Origin: Bacteroidales bacterium
GTDB taxonomy: Bacteria > Bacteroidota > Bacteroidia > Bacteroidales > UBA932
Direction of reading: 5' to 3'
Assembly: GCA_017550655.1 (NCBI GenBank)
Contig: JAFZOK010000023.1
Span: 7,047 to 71,046 of the forward strand
Length of the DNA: 64,000 nt
Shown here: one piece after another, positions 21,701 through 31,680 of the stretch
Position numbering within the stretch: the first letter of the stretch is position 1
How the letters are laid out: each line of letters begins with the position of its first letter
Made by a program: the position numbers and the translations under genes
Notes under the pieces: model-generated
What the model was told of the DNA's origin: nothing
What the model saw: the letters and a program-made list of their open reading frames with translations, nothing else
Databases searched by the model: none

Positions 21701-23530
21701 TTAAAGGGTGTTTACTTTATCCACGATTTCGTGAACCATAAATGGCTGGCCCTGCACTTTATTGAGCTGCAGATACTTGAACTGAGGAAGCTTAGCTCTC
21801 AGATAATCTGCAAACTGGCCGCTGTTGAGCTCGCATACAAGAATTTTCTTGTAGTGACTGAATACCTCGGCGGTATTCTTTGGCAGCGGATTGATGTAGT
21901 CAAACTGCGCGAATCCAACGCTCTTTCCCTCTTCAAGCAACTGTGATGTTGCGGTATAGAGGTGGCCGTAAGTTCCGCCCCAGCCAACCAGCAGCACGTC
22001 TGCTTCCTTCTGTCCGTAAACTTCCAGTTCAGGAATGAAGTCTGCCATTTTCTCGATCTTCTTTGCACGGTTTGCCACCATCATCTCGTGAACCTCAGGA
22101 TCCGAGGAAACGGCTCCGGCCGGAGTTTTCTCCAGACCGCCTACCCTATGCTCCAGACCAGGAGTTCCTGGGATAGCCCACTTTCTTACGAAGGTCTCGG
22201 GATCTCTCTCGAACGGCTTGAACTTGCCCTCGCACTCCGTGATAATAGGAGGGTTGATTGCAGGGAAGTCGCTCATGGAAGGAATCTTCCAAGGCTCGCT
22301 TCCGTTTCCGAGATAACCCTCTGAAAGGAAGACAACCGGCATCATGTGCTCCATCGCGAACTTGGCGGCGTAGAAGGCGGCCCTGAAGCAGTCGCTTGGA
22401 GTTCTTGCAGCCATAACCATTACCGGGCACTCTCCGTTTCTTCCGTAGAGAGCCTGGCCGAGGTCTGTCTGCTCTGTCTTTGTAGGAATACCGGTGGAAG
22501 GGCCGCTGCGCTGAACGTCAACTACAACCAGCGGAAGCTCGGCGATGCAGGCAAGACCAAGGGCCTCGCTCTTGAGGCTCAGGCCTGGACCGGAAGTCGT
22601 TGTCACCGCCATGTTGCCGGCGTATGCGGCACCTATGGATGTACATATTCCGGAGATCTCGTCCTCGCACTGCATTGTCTTGACACCCAGATTCTTATGT
22701 ATGGCAAGCTCTTCCAGGATGGCTGTGGCCGGGGTGATAGGATAAGAGCCTACGAACATAGGCCTTCCGCTCTTCTCGCAAGCGGCTATCAGTCCCCAGG
22801 CAGTTGCCTGGTTTCCGTTTATGCTGCGGTAAACGCCCTTCTCCAGCTTGGCCGGCTCAATGGTGTAGGTGTTGCCGATAGCATGAGTGTTGTGGGCATA
22901 GTTGTAACCGTCGTTGAGCACCTTGATATTAGGCTCGATAAGATCCGGTTTCTTGGCAAACTTCTTCTTAAGATACTCCTCTGTGAAATGCAGAGGGCGG
23001 TTGAACATGAAATAGCACATTCCAAGCGTAAAGATATTCTTGCACCTTACGATGGATTTGATGTCCATTCCGCTATCCTTCAGGCTCTCCTTTGTAAGAG
23101 AGGTGATAGGAGCCCATATTACGTTGTAATCCTGGAGATTGAGTTCCTGTACCGGATCCATTGTCTTGAAGCCGGCCTTCTGAAGGCCCTGCTCGTCAAA
23201 GGAATCCTGGTCCAGGATTATGCTTCCTCCGGGTTTAGCGAACTTGGCGTTTGCCATAAGTGCAGCCGGATTCATCGCTACGAGAACATCTGCAAGATCT
23301 CCCGGAGTCTTTACGTTGTTGTTACCGATATGCACCTGAAAACCGGACACTCCTGATACCGTGCCCTGTGGAGCTCTGATTTCTGCCGGATAATCCGGGA
23401 ATGTGGAAATCTCGTTACCGTACAGCGCAGAAGCGTCTGCGAACAGGGTTCCAGTAAGCTGCATTCCGTCTCCGGAATCGCCGGTGAAGCGGATTACCAC
23501 ATCTTTTACGTCAACCACTTTACGTTCCAT
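21701..23530 (-). CDS. korA: 2-oxoglutarate/2-oxoacid:ferredoxin oxidoreductase, alpha subunit (fused gamma-alpha type)
   Basis: 609 aa with an N-terminal gamma-like domain (RFTGDSGDGMQLTG) and an alpha core (GSYPITPATAILE). Confidence 0.9.
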   Translation of the reverse strand: MERKVVDVKDVVIRFTGDSGDGMQLTGTLFADASALYGNEISTFPDYPAEIRAPQGTVSGVSGFQVHIGNNNVKTPGDLADVLVAMNPAALMANAKFAKPGGSIILDQDSFDEQGLQKAGFKTMDPVQELNLQDYNVIWAPITSLTKESLKDSGMDIKSIVRCKNIFTLGMCYFMFNRPLHFTEEYLKKKFAKKPDLIEPNIKVLNDGYNYAHNTHAIGNTYTIEPAKLEKGVYRSINGNQATAWGLIAACEKSGRPMFVGSYPITPATAILEELAIHKNLGVKTMQCEDEISGICTSIGAAYAGNMAVTTTSGPGLSLKSEALGLACIAELPLVVVDVQRSGPSTGIPTKTEQTDLGQALYGRNGECPVMVMAARTPSDCFRAAFYAAKFAMEHMMPVVFLSEGYLGNGSEPWKIPSMSDFPAINPPIITECEGKFKPFERDPETFVRKWAIPGTPGLEHRVGGLEKTPAGAVSSDPEVHEMMVANRAKKIEKMADFIPELEVYGQKEADVLLVGWGGTYGHLYTATSQLLEEGKSVGFAQFDYINPLPKNTAEVFSHYKKILVCELNSGQFADYLRAKLPQFKYLQLNKVQGQPFMVHEIVDKVNTL

Positions 23531-23587
23531 AAAAACTATTAACGATTCGAGTGTAGAAATACTTTCAATTATTCATTAAAATATTTC

Positions 23588-23595
23588 CAAATATA
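23588..23595 (-). promoter_or_regulatory. Candidate -7 box (TATATTTG on the minus strand) for korAB
   Basis: TAnnTTTG match about 57 nt upstream of the korA ATG, with a TTTG 23 nt further upstream. Confidence 0.4.
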
Positions 23596-23656
23596 GTTAT
23601 TCTTTCAACCTTCACCAACAAAATCGCGATAATTTTTAAACAAACGTATCAACACC

Positions 23657-23690
23657 GGATAAAAACACAAACGGCCCGCTAAAACGAGCC
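23657..23690 (-). terminator. Probable terminator of the bamA-ompH-ompH transcript
   Basis: On the minus strand: GGCUCG-UUUUA-GCGGGCC hairpin (one G-U pair) followed by GUUUGUGUUUUUAU. Confidence 0.45.
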
Positions 23691-23708
23691 ATCTGTTTAA
23701 TAGTTTAA

Positions 23709-23764
23709 GCCGCTTAAGCGGCCGGCACGGAGTGCCGTAATCCCCCTTGAGGGGGTGCAGGGGG
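23709..23764. repeat. GC-rich triple-hairpin element, copy 1
   Basis: GCCGC-TTAA-GCGGC, CGGCAC-GGA-GTGCCG, CCCCC-TTGA-GGGGG, then TGCA-GGGGG. The architecture parallels 46354-46418. Confidence 0.6.
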
Positions 23765-23784
23765 TGAGTCAACACAAATTCAGG

Positions 23785-24336
23785 CTACTGGATTTGTGTT
23801 GGCTGAGTCTTGCTGGCAGGTATACCGAGCTCTGCCTTTACCAAAGGAAGCAGGTTAACGGTATTTGCATCGTCGATATAAACCAGTGCTCCTGAAGCAA
23901 GATCCAGGACATAAGCCAAACCCTGGGCCTTTGCCACTTTTTCGATAGCATCGTAGGCCTTCTTCATGACAGGCTCCATCAGTGTGTTCTGGCGAGCGGT
24001 GAAATCCTGCTCTGCCTGACTCTGGAACTGCTGGATACGCTGGATAATGCTGTTGATTTCATCTTCCTTGGTTTTCTTGATGGACTCGTTCCAGGTAGAA
24101 GCCTTCTCGTTGTATTCCTTTACCTTAGTATCGTAGTCGCTCTTCATTGAGTTAAGGGTTTCCTGGAGCTCCTTGCCAAAGGCCTGGAGTTTTGTATATG
24201 CCTCGTCTCTCTCAGACATGAGAGCTACCACTTCCTGTGAATTGATGTGACCGAGCTTCTGGGCCAAAACCTTGGTCGGCATCAGGGCTGCGCTTGCGAT
24301 AACTGCGGCAGCCATCAACATAATTGTTTTCTTCAT
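23785..24336 (-). CDS. OmpH/Skp-family periplasmic chaperone
   Basis: 183 aa with a signal peptide and a long coiled-coil, charged sequence. It is the second of two tandem ompH-like genes after bamA. Confidence 0.85.
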   Translation of the reverse strand: MKKTIMLMAAAVIASAALMPTKVLAQKLGHINSQEVVALMSERDEAYTKLQAFGKELQETLNSMKSDYDTKVKEYNEKASTWNESIKKTKEDEINSIIQRIQQFQSQAEQDFTARQNTLMEPVMKKAYDAIEKVAKAQGLAYVLDLASGALVYIDDANTVNLLPLVKAELGIPASKTQPTQIQ

Positions 24337-24365
24337 AATTGTATCTTCTTTTTTGTTTTGTTATT

Positions 24366-24896
24366 CTATTTGATTGTAGGATAGACGCTTATAACCTTGG
24401 AAGAAAGGTCTGCGGCACTGGCTGCATAAACAACGCCCTCGTTTGTGGCAATGTCTATGATCAGCATGTAGCCGCCGTCTTCCGCTACCTTGTCAATCGC
24501 TTTCTGCACCTTCTCCTTGATAGGATCCAGAAGTTCCTGGCTCTTCTTCTGCATCAGACCGTCCTGACCGAAATACTGCTGCTGCTTCTGCTTTGCAGCC
24601 TTCTCCTTGGAGATGATCTGCTCTTCCTTTGCCTGACGCTGCGCTGCGCTCATGGAAGCTTTCTGCTTCTGGTAATTGTTGTAAAGTGTCTCTATCTCGG
24701 AAAAGTCTTTCTTAACCGCTTCCTGATACTGCTTACCAAGAGCCTCAAGTTTGTCTGCGGCAACCTTGTACTCCGGGATTGCGGAAAGTATGGTTTCCGT
24801 ATTCACATAACCGCATTTCTGCGGAACATTCTGCGCCGCTGCACTGAGGCAGACCAGCGATGCCAATGCAAGAACCAATAACTTTTTCATATCCAT
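24366..24896 (-). CDS. OmpH/Skp-family periplasmic chaperone
   Basis: 176 aa with a signal peptide (MKKLLVLALASLVCLSAAAQ; the start may be ATG 24890), directly downstream of bamA. Confidence 0.85.
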   Translation of the reverse strand: MDMKKLLVLALASLVCLSAAAQNVPQKCGYVNTETILSAIPEYKVAADKLEALGKQYQEAVKKDFSEIETLYNNYQKQKASMSAAQRQAKEEQIISKEKAAKQKQQQYFGQDGLMQKKSQELLDPIKEKVQKAIDKVAEDGGYMLIIDIATNEGVVYAASAADLSSKVISVYPTIK

Positions 24897-24917
24897 TCAG
24901 TTTTAAATGATTGTCCT

Positions 24918-27416
24918 TTAGAACTGCTGTCCTATTACAAAGTGGAACTGGCTGCCTCCCTTCTTCTTGCCCTCGTTAGGAACCGAATCGAATCCGTAGC
25001 CCCAGTCGATACCCATCAGTCCAACCATCGGGAGCATAATCCTCACGCCGACTCCGGCACTTCTCTTTATATCAAACGGGTTAAATCCGCCTATCTCCTT
25101 CCAGCAGTTTCCGCCTTCGAGGAATGCAAGAGCAAATATCGTGCTCGACGGCTGCAGAATCAGAGGATATCTTAGTTCCAAAGTGAATTTATCATATACG
25201 TGACCAACGTAAGCGTTGTTCTCCAGAGGTGTCAGAGAGTAGTTTGGATAACCTCTAAGTGAAATAATGTCAGATCCGTAGGTATTGTAGCCGCTCATAC
25301 CGTCTCCACCAACCTCGAATCCCTCGAACGGAGAATATCCCAGACTCTTCTTGTAATATCCCAGATAGCCCCAGTTGGCTGCTGCCCTGAACACGAGGTT
25401 CTTTACAAGGGACAGATAGACGTCGCTCTTGAACTGCCACTTGTGGTACTCGATCCACTTGTACTTTTCCGTAGCGTCCATATGCTTGTAGTCGCGATGG
25501 CCTCTCATCAGAGAGTAAGGCGGAGTCACCTGAAGAGTGAAGGAGAAGTCAGAGCCGCCTCTCGGGAAAATCGGCTGGTCCGTAGAATTTCTCTCAAGAC
25601 CTATGGTGTAGCTGAAGTTATGGCTCTTTCCCGTGTCGAACAGGAAGTTATAATACCAATTCTGCAGCTTGTATGTCTGCCAGGAAAGCGCATGGAAAAG
25701 AACAAAGTAGTTATCCGGCCAGTTGAGCCTGCTTCCAAGGCTTGCGCTCACGCCGTAAACCTCCATATACTGGTCTGAATGACGGTAGAAATATGTGGAG
25801 TTGGTCTGGCGGGTAAAGTAAGTGGAAACGCTCAGGCTTACAGGCTTGTTGCCCAAAAGCCAAGGCTCCGCGAAGCTTGCGCTCAAAGCGGTGTAGTATG
25901 TTCCGCTGGTCTGGAACCTTATGGAAAGGTTCTGTCCGTCTCCAAGAGGAACAGGCCTCCAGGCCTTCTTCTTGAACACTCTCTTGATGGCGAAGTTGTT
26001 GAAGCTCAGTCCCAGGGTTCCCACAAAGGTATTGCCTCCCCAGCCTCCGGAAAGTTCCACGTGGCTGTCCGGTTTTTCCTCCAGATTATATGCGATATCA
26101 ACCGTATTCTTGTTTGCGTCCGGAATCACATTATAGCCAGTGCCGGTCTGGAATACCTCAGGGTTGAAATGTCCGATTGAGGAAAGTTCACGGACTGACC
26201 TCTCGAAATCAGACTGGGAGAAGAGGTAACCCGGCTTTGTGAAAACAGCCCTTCTGGCAATTTTCTCTGCGGTGATGTTGTTTCCGTTGATTATCACCTT
26301 GTTGAAAGTTGCAGGCTTACCCTCGTAGATTCTCATTTCCACATCCACGGAGTCGTTCTGGATACTCTTTTCCACAGGCATCACGTTGAAGAAAAGATAG
26401 CCGTTGTCCGTGTACATTTTCTTTACGTCCGGTTCCATCTGCTTAGGGTCTCCATTAAGACGCTTTTCCATAGTAACGAGATCGTAAATGTCTCCCTTCT
26501 TGATTCTCAATACGGAATTCAGCTGGTCTGTAGAATAAATGCTGTTTCCTGTCCAGGATATATCCCTGAAATAGTAGCGGTCTCCTTCCTCCAGAGTAAA
26601 ATCTATCGCAAGACGGTCGTCCGTCATATAGTACATCGTATCCTTCAGGATCCTGGCATCGCGATATCCCTGCTCGTTGAAAGCGGAAATCAGGTTTACC
26701 TTGTCCTCGGCATAGTCTTTCTCCTTGAACTTCTTGGACTTGAAGAAGTTCATAAGCCTCTTGTCCCTGGTATGCTTCATGGACTTCATCAGCTTGGCGT
26801 CCGAAAGGTTCTTGTTGCCGTCGAAAGTAATTCTTCCAATCTTGACTCTCGGGCCGCGGTCTATGTCAAAGGTAACCCTAACAGCGTTCTGGATTACTGG
26901 ATCTTCCTCCTGAAGAACCTTAACCTGACATTTGAGAAAGCCCTTTTCGTGAAAATATTTCTTTATGATGTTGGTGGAAGATTCGATGATATAATCGGAG
27001 AGCTCGGATCCCCTCTTTAGCTTAAGCCTCTCGTTAAGATCCTGCTTCTGTCCGTTGCGTATGCCGTTGAACAGCCAGCGGGAAACCCTCGGACGCTCTG
27101 AAAGGCGAAGGCCGAGCCAAACGGTATCCCTGGCGGCGGAAAGAGAGTCGATATAGAATCCGGCATCGGAAAAATATCGCTGAGCCCAAACCCTCTTCAG
27201 AATATCAGAAAGCTCTATGCTAGGGATGGTTATCTTGTCTCCCTTGTTGATTCCCGTTACGGAGAGAATCTGATCCTCGCTAAGATATTTGATTCCGGAA
27301 ACTCTGATTCCACCTACGACATAGGTTCTTGGACTGGTGTAGTCAACGTCCTGTGCGGACAGAGACAACGGCAGAATCAGCAAAATGCAAGCAATTGTCA
27401 GCTTTAATATTTTCAT
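24918..27416 (-). CDS. bamA: Outer-membrane protein assembly factor BamA
   Basis: 832 aa with a signal peptide, POTRA repeats, and an Omp85 barrel ending in FHFVIGQQF, in the conserved uppS-bamA-ompH context. Confidence 0.95.
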   Translation of the reverse strand: MKILKLTIACILLILPLSLSAQDVDYTSPRTYVVGGIRVSGIKYLSEDQILSVTGINKGDKITIPSIELSDILKRVWAQRYFSDAGFYIDSLSAARDTVWLGLRLSERPRVSRWLFNGIRNGQKQDLNERLKLKRGSELSDYIIESSTNIIKKYFHEKGFLKCQVKVLQEEDPVIQNAVRVTFDIDRGPRVKIGRITFDGNKNLSDAKLMKSMKHTRDKRLMNFFKSKKFKEKDYAEDKVNLISAFNEQGYRDARILKDTMYYMTDDRLAIDFTLEEGDRYYFRDISWTGNSIYSTDQLNSVLRIKKGDIYDLVTMEKRLNGDPKQMEPDVKKMYTDNGYLFFNVMPVEKSIQNDSVDVEMRIYEGKPATFNKVIINGNNITAEKIARRAVFTKPGYLFSQSDFERSVRELSSIGHFNPEVFQTGTGYNVIPDANKNTVDIAYNLEEKPDSHVELSGGWGGNTFVGTLGLSFNNFAIKRVFKKKAWRPVPLGDGQNLSIRFQTSGTYYTALSASFAEPWLLGNKPVSLSVSTYFTRQTNSTYFYRHSDQYMEVYGVSASLGSRLNWPDNYFVLFHALSWQTYKLQNWYYNFLFDTGKSHNFSYTIGLERNSTDQPIFPRGGSDFSFTLQVTPPYSLMRGHRDYKHMDATEKYKWIEYHKWQFKSDVYLSLVKNLVFRAAANWGYLGYYKKSLGYSPFEGFEVGGDGMSGYNTYGSDIISLRGYPNYSLTPLENNAYVGHVYDKFTLELRYPLILQPSSTIFALAFLEGGNCWKEIGGFNPFDIKRSAGVGVRIMLPMVGLMGIDWGYGFDSVPNEGKKKGGSQFHFVIGQQF

Positions 27417-27419
27417 CTG

Positions 27420-28130
27420 TTACTCATTATTCTGTTTAACCTTGCCGAATCTGCGGTCTCTCCTAGCGTACTCCTCAATGGCAAGACGGAACTCTTTTTT
27501 GCGAAAATCAGGCCAAAGAGTGTCCGTAAAGTAAAACTCCGTATATGCGGTTTGCCAAAGCATGTAATTGCTGATTCTCTCTTCTCCGCTTGTGCGTATA
27601 AGAAGGTCTGGATCAGGCACTCCCGCTGTTATCAGGTATCTGTCGAAATCTTCCGGAAGCATCTGCTTTCCAGGATTTTCCTCAGCGAAGCGGTTGGCTG
27701 CCTGGACAATGTCCCACTTGCCGCTGTAGTTAATCATAACCACCAGAGTGGTTCCCTGCCCTCCGGCCGTGGCTTCCATAAGCCCCTCTATGGCCAGGCG
27801 GAGATCCGGGTCCAGCTGCTGGAGATTGCCCAGCATAAGCACCCTCACCCTGTTCTTTATCAGATACTTGGTCTCCCTCTCAATAGCCTTGAGCATAAGT
27901 GCCCACAGTCCCTGGACCTCGTCAGAAGGACGGCCCCAATTCTCGGTGGAAAACGCAAAAAGGCTAAGGTATTTGATTTTCATCTCCACAGCAAATTCCA
28001 GACAGGCGCGGACACTCTCTACACCCTCCTTGTGCCCCTCAAGGCGCACCTTGCCGCGGGCCTTTGCCCACCGGCCGTTACCGTCCATAATTATGGATAC
28101 GTGCTGCGGTATTTTTGAAATTTCTTCCAT
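27420..28130 (-). CDS. uppS: Isoprenyl transferase (undecaprenyl-diphosphate synthase)
   Basis: IIMDGNGRWAKARG and IRTSGEERISNYMLWQ motifs are present. Start placed at MEEISK (28130); the ORF-track start 28199 adds 23 poorly fitting residues. Confidence 0.92.
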   Translation of the reverse strand: MEEISKIPQHVSIIMDGNGRWAKARGKVRLEGHKEGVESVRACLEFAVEMKIKYLSLFAFSTENWGRPSDEVQGLWALMLKAIERETKYLIKNRVRVLMLGNLQQLDPDLRLAIEGLMEATAGGQGTTLVVMINYSGKWDIVQAANRFAEENPGKQMLPEDFDRYLITAGVPDPDLLIRTSGEERISNYMLWQTAYTEFYFTDTLWPDFRKKEFRLAIEEYARRDRRFGKVKQNNE

Positions 28131-28173
28131 AGAATGCGTATAGACGGCAAATATAAGAAATTTAATCCAACTC

Positions 28174-29046
28174 CTATATAGAATTGCGCCAGTCCGCACC
28201 CCAGTACAGTTTGCTGCTGAGAGCCTCCATGAAACTGTTGTCCGGGCTTACGATTTCAAGGTCTGTGGAGGAAGCGGTGAAAACCGCTTTCTCTCCATCC
28301 GGAATGGAGAAAGAACGGTTGTCCGCACTCAGCGTGGCGTCTTCGTATCTGGTGGAAAATCCAACTTCTATGGTCGCCGAGTCGGATACAACCAAAGGGC
28401 GGATATTCAGGTTGTGCGGAGCTATAGGAACGATTATCAGCACCTTGCAGCCAGGCATCACGATTGGTCCTCCGGCACTCATCGAATATGCAGTTGAACC
28501 TGTCGCGGAGGCAATGAGCACCCCGTCCGCCATATATCTCGGTATTGGTTCTCCGTTAACCTTTATTTCAAGTTCCAGGACTGCCGGGCCCTTTCTCTGG
28601 AGAGTGAACTCGTTGAGCGCGTACGGGCAGAAGCCTTCCGGCATACTGCTGCAGTTCATCTTAAGAAGAGTGCGCTTTTCCGTCTTGAACTTTCCCTGAA
28701 GAAGGGACGAGATGCCCTCAACCCTGGAAGTTGTAAGGAAGCCCAGCCTTCCGAAATTGATGCCGGCAACAGGTATTTCCCGCCCCACCACCAGCGGCAC
28801 GCTGGAAAGGAAAGTTCCGTCTCCCCCCAGAGAAAGCAACAGGCCGGTATCCTCCGGAAGCTCTCCCGCAGATGAAAAAAGTTCCGCTCCCTTAAAGCTG
28901 AAAGACGGGCATATTTGGGAAATGTGACGGAAGAAAGGCTCGTAGAAATAAACTTGGGAAGAAGAATCTTCCACAATCTTCAGCACTTCCATAAGCTTTG
29001 GAAGGGATGCCTTGTAAACCGTTCTTCCGAAAATTGCAACTTTCAT
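28174..29046 (-). CDS. nadK: NAD kinase
   Basis: 291 aa from ATG 29046 (MKVAIFGRT...) with the GGDGT motif ([10 protein letters not shown]). The 385-aa ORF-track version runs 95 codons further across the pdxJ start and is not credible. Confidence 0.9.
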   Translation of the reverse strand: MKVAIFGRTVYKASLPKLMEVLKIVEDSSSQVYFYEPFFRHISQICPSFSFKGAELFSSAGELPEDTGLLLSLGGDGTFLSSVPLVVGREIPVAGINFGRLGFLTTSRVEGISSLLQGKFKTEKRTLLKMNCSSMPEGFCPYALNEFTLQRKGPAVLELEIKVNGEPIPRYMADGVLIASATGSTAYSMSAGGPIVMPGCKVLIIVPIAPHNLNIRPLVVSDSATIEVGFSTRYEDATLSADNRSFSIPDGEKAVFTASSTDLEIVSPDNSFMEALSSKLYWGADWRNSI

Positions 29047-29095
29047 ACGCACCAATTTTTCGCAAGTTAGGCATAATTTCATAAATTTGTCAAAT

Positions 29096-29812
29096 ATGGA
29101 AACAAGACTTAGCGTAAACATAAACAAAATAGCCACCCTCAGAAACGCCAGGGGAGGCAACATGCCGAATGTCCTTAAATGCGCACTGGACTGCGAGAGG
29201 TTCGGGGCACAGGGAATAACCGTCCACCCAAGGCCGGACGAAAGGCACATCAGAAGGCAGGACGTGCTGGATCTCAAGCCTGTCCTTACAACAGAATTCA
29301 ACATTGAAGGCAACCCTAAGGAACCTTTCAACCAGTTGGTACTTAGTGTAATGCCCGCTCAGGTAACCCTTGTCCCAGATGCGGAGAATGTTCTTACCTC
29401 CAACGCAGGATGGGATACCATAACCAACCGTGAATTCCTGAAAAAGACCTGCAAAATGTTCAAGGATGCCGGCATCAGAGTATCCATCTTCGTTGATCCG
29501 GTTGAGGATATGATAAAGGGAGCCGCCGAGTGCGGATGCGACAGGGTGGAACTCTACACCGAGGCCTATGCCAGGGATTTCAAGGCAAACCGCGAGCAGG
29601 CAATCGAGCCTTATTTCAAGGCTGCCGTCCAGGCGCAGAAATGCGGTCTGGGCCTCAACGCCGGGCATGACCTTAATCTGGACAACCTGAGGTATTTTGC
29701 CCAAACCATTCCGGGACTTCTGGAAGTATCCATCGGGCACGCACTGATCTGCGACGCCCTTTATCTGGGACTTGAGAACACAATCCGGGCTTACAGAAGG
29801 GAGTTGCTGTAA
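29096..29812 (+). CDS. pdxJ: Pyridoxine 5'-phosphate synthase
   Basis: [17 protein letters not shown] and [10 protein letters not shown] motifs are present. ATG 29096 is preferred over the ORF-track TTG 29087. Confidence 0.93.
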   Translation: METRLSVNINKIATLRNARGGNMPNVLKCALDCERFGAQGITVHPRPDERHIRRQDVLDLKPVLTTEFNIEGNPKEPFNQLVLSVMPAQVTLVPDAENVLTSNAGWDTITNREFLKKTCKMFKDAGIRVSIFVDPVEDMIKGAAECGCDRVELYTEAYARDFKANREQAIEPYFKAAVQAQKCGLGLNAGHDLNLDNLRYFAQTIPGLLEVSIGHALICDALYLGLENTIRAYRRELL

Positions 29813-29820
29813 TTTTTACT

Positions 29821-29828
29821 ACATTTGC
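29821..29828 (+). promoter_or_regulatory. Candidate -7 box (TACATTTG)
   Basis: TAnnTTTG match 41 nt upstream of ATG 29870. Confidence 0.3.
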
Positions 29829-29869
29829 AGCCTCCAACAAAAAGACAATAAAACGTAACTTATATAAAG

Positions 29870-30493
29870 ATGAAACAAATCAAGACAATTCTTTGCATTG
29901 CAATTGCAGCCGCATTTGCAGTTTCCTGCAACCAGAAAAACAACACTACCGTATCTGAAGGACAGGGTTCCGCCCCTCAGGCAGGAAGCATAGTTTATAT
30001 CCAGCTGGATTCCATCGTTGCCAAATACGATATGTACAACGACCTCAAGAGCGAACTTGAGGAAAAGGTTCAGAAGATCCAGAACGAGCTCCAGTCAAAG
30101 GGAAGAGCCTTCGAGAGAGACGTGAAGGATTTCCAGAACAAGATCCAGAAGGGACTCATGACTCAGTCAGAGGCAGAGGAGAAGAACCGCGTTCTTGGTA
30201 ACCGCCAGGCAGACCTCCAGAATCTCAGCGCACAGAAAGAGGCTGAAATCCAGGAAGAAAACGCAGTTATGATGAACAAGATAATGGATGCCATCGAGAC
30301 TTTTGTCAAGAAGTACAACGACGAGAAGAAATACTCCATGATCATTACCGGAGTATTCGAGGGAGATCCTAACCTGAACATCACAAACGACATTATCGAA
30401 GGCCTCAACGAGGAATACGTGAAGAACAAGAAAAAGGCCGTTTCTTCAGAGACTGAGGCAGAAACCAAGACTGAGGAAACACAGGCAAAGTAG
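29870..30493 (+). CDS. OmpH/Skp-like lipoprotein (third paralogue in the window)
   Basis: 207 aa with a lipobox (AFAVSCNQ), a coiled-coil OmpH-like core (IVAKYDMYNDLKSELEEKVQKIQNELQSKG...), and an acidic, Thr/Glu-rich tail. Confidence 0.7.
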   Translation: MKQIKTILCIAIAAAFAVSCNQKNNTTVSEGQGSAPQAGSIVYIQLDSIVAKYDMYNDLKSELEEKVQKIQNELQSKGRAFERDVKDFQNKIQKGLMTQSEAEEKNRVLGNRQADLQNLSAQKEAEIQEENAVMMNKIMDAIETFVKKYNDEKKYSMIITGVFEGDPNLNITNDIIEGLNEEYVKNKKKAVSSETEAETKTEETQAK

Positions 30494-30499
30494 CCGCCG

Positions 30500-31678
30500 A
30501 TGAGGATTGCAATACTTTCTTGCTTTTACCCGTTCAGGGGAGGGATATCGCAGTTCAACACCTACTTGCTGAAGGAGCTTTCCAAAAGGCACACCGTAAA
30601 GGCGTTCAACTTCAAAAGGCAGTATCCCGGCATCCTCTTTCCCGGCAAAACGCAGAAAGTAGCAGCTGACGACACGGCCCTCCCTGTAGAGAGCGAGGCT
30701 GTGCTGGACAGCATAAATCCCCTGACCTACAGACGCACAGCCAAAGCCATAGCCGCCTTCCGTCCGGATGTCCTTATTACAAGGTACTGGATGAGTTACT
30801 TCGCCCCGTCGCTGGGCGGAGTTTGCGGCAAGGCGGCAAAACTGCTCCGCAAACAAGGTTATGGAGAAAGCGGATGCTTCCGCACCGTAGCCATCGCGGA
30901 CAACATTATTCCTCACGAGAAGCATTTCTTCGACATCCCGCTCGCCCGCTACTTTGTCAAGCGGCAGAGCGGGATTGTTACGCTCAGCCACGCCGTGGAG
31001 CAGCAGCTGAAGGAAATCTGCCCCGGCGTGAAAAGCATCACGATACCTCATCCCCTCTACTCCAACTTCGGGGAAAGGATGGACACTCTCATCTCCCGCC
31101 GTCAGCTGGGAATGCAGGGCACGGACAAAGAAATTCTTGGACGCAAGGTCCTTCTTTTCTTCGGTCTCATAAGGGATTACAAGGGCCTGGACATACTTCT
31201 GGAAGCCTTGCCTCTGCTCGACCGTTCCTATACGCTTGTGGTGGCGGGCGAGCCTTACGGCAGTTTTGAGAAATACCGCCAGATCATAGACTCGGAAAGA
31301 TTTGCGCCTGTAAGGAACAATCTCATTCTCCACGACAGATATATCCCGGACAAAGACGTAAAGGTTTACTTCAGCGCCGCTGACCTCAGCGTGCTGCCTT
31401 ACCGGTCTGCCACACAGAGCGGTATCAGTTCCATTTCCTGGAATTTTGACGTTCCGCTCATTACCACTCCGGTGGGCGGCCTTGTGGAAAGTGTAGGAAA
31501 AGCCGGAACCGGAATGCTCACAGACGGGCTCACTCCCCAGGATGTGGCCCGGAGTATCGAGAAATACTTTGCAGAAAACAGGAAAGAAGAGTATCTTCGC
31601 AACATATCCCGTCTGAAGACAGAACTCGGATGGGAAGCCTTTGCAACAAAACTGGAAGACTTCATAAACACCTTATAA
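30500..31678 (+). CDS. Glycosyltransferase, GT4-like (GT-B fold)
   Basis: 392 aa. The C-terminal half shows the typical retaining GT-B pattern (LVVAGEPYG...[13 protein letters not shown]...PLITTPVGG). Confidence 0.8.
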   Translation: MRIAILSCFYPFRGGISQFNTYLLKELSKRHTVKAFNFKRQYPGILFPGKTQKVAADDTALPVESEAVLDSINPLTYRRTAKAIAAFRPDVLITRYWMSYFAPSLGGVCGKAAKLLRKQGYGESGCFRTVAIADNIIPHEKHFFDIPLARYFVKRQSGIVTLSHAVEQQLKEICPGVKSITIPHPLYSNFGERMDTLISRRQLGMQGTDKEILGRKVLLFFGLIRDYKGLDILLEALPLLDRSYTLVVAGEPYGSFEKYRQIIDSERFAPVRNNLILHDRYIPDKDVKVYFSAADLSVLPYRSATQSGISSISWNFDVPLITTPVGGLVESVGKAGTGMLTDGLTPQDVARSIEKYFAENRKEEYLRNISRLKTELGWEAFATKLEDFINTL

Positions 31679-31680
31679 TT

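Noticed and set aside
29047-29331. 95-codon N-terminal extension of nadK in the ORF track (385 aa).
   Set aside because: The extension runs through the divergent intergenic region and into pdxJ and contains no NAD-kinase-like sequence. The internal ATG 29046 gives the canonical MKVAIFG N-terminus.
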